This document shows, piece by piece, positions 57,701-59,514 of a stretch of 59,514 nucleotides of DNA. The stretch spans positions 1-59,514 of the forward strand of contig BDUA01000011.1 of the NCBI GenBank assembly GCA_002897715.1, in the 5' to 3' direction. Under the pieces are notes generated by a model that worked only from the letters and a program-made list of their open reading frames with translations, did no database searches and was not told where the DNA came from. The translations under genes and the position numbers were made by a program. The DNA is from a bacterium BMS3Abin01 (GTDB taxonomy: Bacteria > Actinomycetota > Thermoleophilia > BMS3ABIN01). Each line of letters starts with the position of its first letter. Position 1 is the first letter of the stretch.

Positions 57701-59135
57701 TCTCCCTCCTTACCGCCGCGAGCCTGATAATACGCTCGCTTTTTGAAGTAACCCTGAAATCCTCCGATACACGCATGCCACAGACCCAGACGATCTCGTC
57801 GCCAAGGGTGATGATGGGCAGATGCCGCCGCTGGTAACGGGGTACCTTCCCATCGGTAAACAGATCCTGCAGGCTCCTGGTCCCGTTCATGCCCAGCGGC
57901 CTGAACCTGTCACCCTCACGCCAGCACCTGACGGTCAGAGGGCCCGGCGAACAGCCGGCGTCTACGGCTGTCCGCAGGGGATCATCGCTGTGCATGTCAA
58001 CAGCCTTCCTCGTCCCCGCCGCGTCCACCTCCGCCACGATATCGAATTCCCCGAAAGCCACTTTACCCGGAACCGGCAACTCGACCGGCCCGAGGGACTC
58101 CTCCCGGCCGCCGGTCCCGGCCACCACCAGCGTCAACCTGTCGTAGCAGCGCTCGACTTCCCACCCTCCCGGCAGAGACAGGGAGCGTGTACCGCTGGAA
58201 TCGGAGCAGAGATCGATAATGGCATCCAGCAGCCGGCGCGTCATGCCTTCGCCGGCTCCGGCCCGGGCAAGCCAGCGCCGCACCACCAGCCGGGCCACGG
58301 CCCGGTCCAGCAGGGACAGGGAGGCGGCGGCCAGGACCTCCTGCTCCTCCCCGGACGCAACCTCGCCCCAGGCCTCATCCGTCAACGACGCCAGCACTTC
58401 CTGTTCGTCCTCCAGCAGGGAGATGGTATCCTCGACGCGCTGGCGAAAATCGGGCCGGATCTCCGCCAGCGCCGGCATGACCTTATGTCTGATACGGTTG
58501 CGGCGGTAATCCATGCCGCTGTTGGATTCGTCCTGGTGATAGGCGATGCCCGCCTGCCGGCAGAATTCCCTGATCTCAGCCGCCGTAAGGAACAGCAGCG
58601 GCCGGACTATCTTGCCCCGGCGCGGCGGCATCACTGCCAGCGAGCGGCGCCCTGAATAGGTGATGAGGCGGTAAATAAAAGTCTCCACGCGGTCATCGCG
58701 GTTATGGCCCACGGCGATGCGGGTGTAGCCCTGCCAGCGGCAGAGGTTTTCCGCTGCCAGATAGCGGAAGTCCCGGGCCCAGGCCTGGAAGTTGGAGCGG
58801 GGCGGCTCAGGGGCGCGGAGAGAGTGGACCTGGATCCGGTGCTGGTCGCCGAGGCTGCGCACCAACGCCTCATCGGCATCGCTGCCGTTGCCGCGGCAAC
58901 CATAATTCACGTGACATATCCCCAGCGAGAACCCGTTGGTCCCGATCCCTTCCACGCCACTCGACAGCATGTTCAGCAGGTGGAACATGGCGACAGAATC
59001 AGCGCCGCCCGAGACCATTAACAGCACACGGTCTCCCGACCCTATCAATCTGTTCTCCTGGATATAGTTCCCGGTCATCTCGATAACCTGGGAAACGGAG
59101 TGGCTGGTTGAAATTAAAGGATAGGGTTCAGGCAT
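57684..59135 (-). CDS. tilS: tRNA(Ile)-lysidine synthetase
   Basis: VSGGADS, HVNYG, GHNRDD, RPLL, DESN...RNRIRH. Start uncertain. Confidence 0.93.
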   Translation of the reverse strand: MPEPYPLISTSHSVSQVIEMTGNYIQENRLIGSGDRVLLMVSGGADSVAMFHLLNMLSSGVEGIGTNGFSLGICHVNYGCRGNGSDADEALVRSLGDQHRIQVHSLRAPEPPRSNFQAWARDFRYLAAENLCRWQGYTRIAVGHNRDDRVETFIYRLITYSGRRSLAVMPPRRGKIVRPLLFLTAAEIREFCRQAGIAYHQDESNSGMDYRRNRIRHKVMPALAEIRPDFRQRVEDTISLLEDEQEVLASLTDEAWGEVASGEEQEVLAAASLSLLDRAVARLVVRRWLARAGAGEGMTRRLLDAIIDLCSDSSGTRSLSLPGGWEVERCYDRLTLVVAGTGGREESLGPVELPVPGKVAFGEFDIVAEVDAAGTRKAVDMHSDDPLRTAVDAGCSPGPLTVRCWREGDRFRPLGMNGTRSLQDLFTDGKVPRYQRRHLPIITLGDEIVWVCGMRVSEDFRVTSKSERIIRLAAVRREIENAV

Positions 59136-59238
59136 TCGCCCGCAAGACACCCCCGATTGTTTATTGGGCCAACAGCGATTATAGCAGATGAGCCAGCCCT
59201 GCCTTCACTGCGCGGGCGTTAAGCGATAGAATGCCTCC

Positions 59239-59514
59239 ATGGAAGACGGCGGCAAGATCGATTACCTGGCGAAAACACCGATCTTTTCAGGGCTCAGCAG
59301 GACGGAGCTGGAAGAGTTGGCACCGCTGGTGATAAAAAGAAGCCTGAAGAAGGACACGGTGGTCTTCCATGAGCACGACCCCGCTTCCGCCTTCTACCTG
59401 GTGCGCAGCGGCAAGGTCAAGGTCTACAAGCTGTCGCGGGACGGCCGGGAGCAGATACTGGCCATCCTGGGCGAAGGCCAGATATTCGGCGACGTACCGG
59501 TCTTCGACGGCGGG
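59239..59514 (+). CDS. Crp/Fnr family regulator, 5' part (runs off window)
   Basis: MEDGGKIDYLAKTPIFSGL...FHEHDPASAFYLVRSGKVKVYKLSRDGREQIL...IFGD cNMP-binding domain. TTCACT-17-TAGAAT ends 6 nt before the ATG. Confidence 0.88.
   Translation, partial: MEDGGKIDYLAKTPIFSGLSRTELEELAPLVIKRSLKKDTVVFHEHDPASAFYLVRSGKVKVYKLSRDGREQILAILGEGQIFGDVPVFDGG

Overview
GC-rich bacterial chromosome segment with no tRNA, rRNA, CRISPR array, integrase or transposase seen. Gene content suggests a deep-branching actinobacterium such as Thermoleophilia (inference). There are four blocks. (1) 1-22.4 kb is a cell-envelope locus: five genes carry 19 copies of one ~105-108 aa 'GWAxDPD...HG(F/Y)S...VC.Y.IN...LLGC' module. 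Four are complete secreted proteins (SpoIID-type, Amidase_2, glucosaminidase-like, thermolysin M4) and one is 5'-truncated. They are interleaved with a Wzm/Wzt glycan export cluster (GT4, WsaF-like, GT2, methyltransferase with coiled coil). (2) 22.4-29 kb holds polX, a lipoprotein peptidase, dusB and an ABC-2 exporter. (3) 29-41.5 kb is a sigma-54 block: rpoN, a kinase and an enhancer-binding regulator, an FtsX-type ABC system, a canonical -24/-12 promoter with tandem upstream sites ahead of a PqqD/RRE-like gene, a CGNR zinc-finger gene, a secreted double beta-propeller with repeated His/Cys positions, and a 44-aa RiPP-precursor-like peptide (YxxPxL leader, CPNWQC core) missed by the ORF track. 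This block is the best candidate for an undescribed system. (4) 41.5-59.5 kb is a minus-strand housekeeping run: tilS-hpt-ftsH-fol-nad-birA-bioY-coaX, then a metallophosphoesterase-cpgS-pgk2 cyclic 2,3-diphosphoglycerate cassette and rho, with a partial Crp/Fnr gene at the right edge. All calls come from reading motifs by eye; no searches were run.
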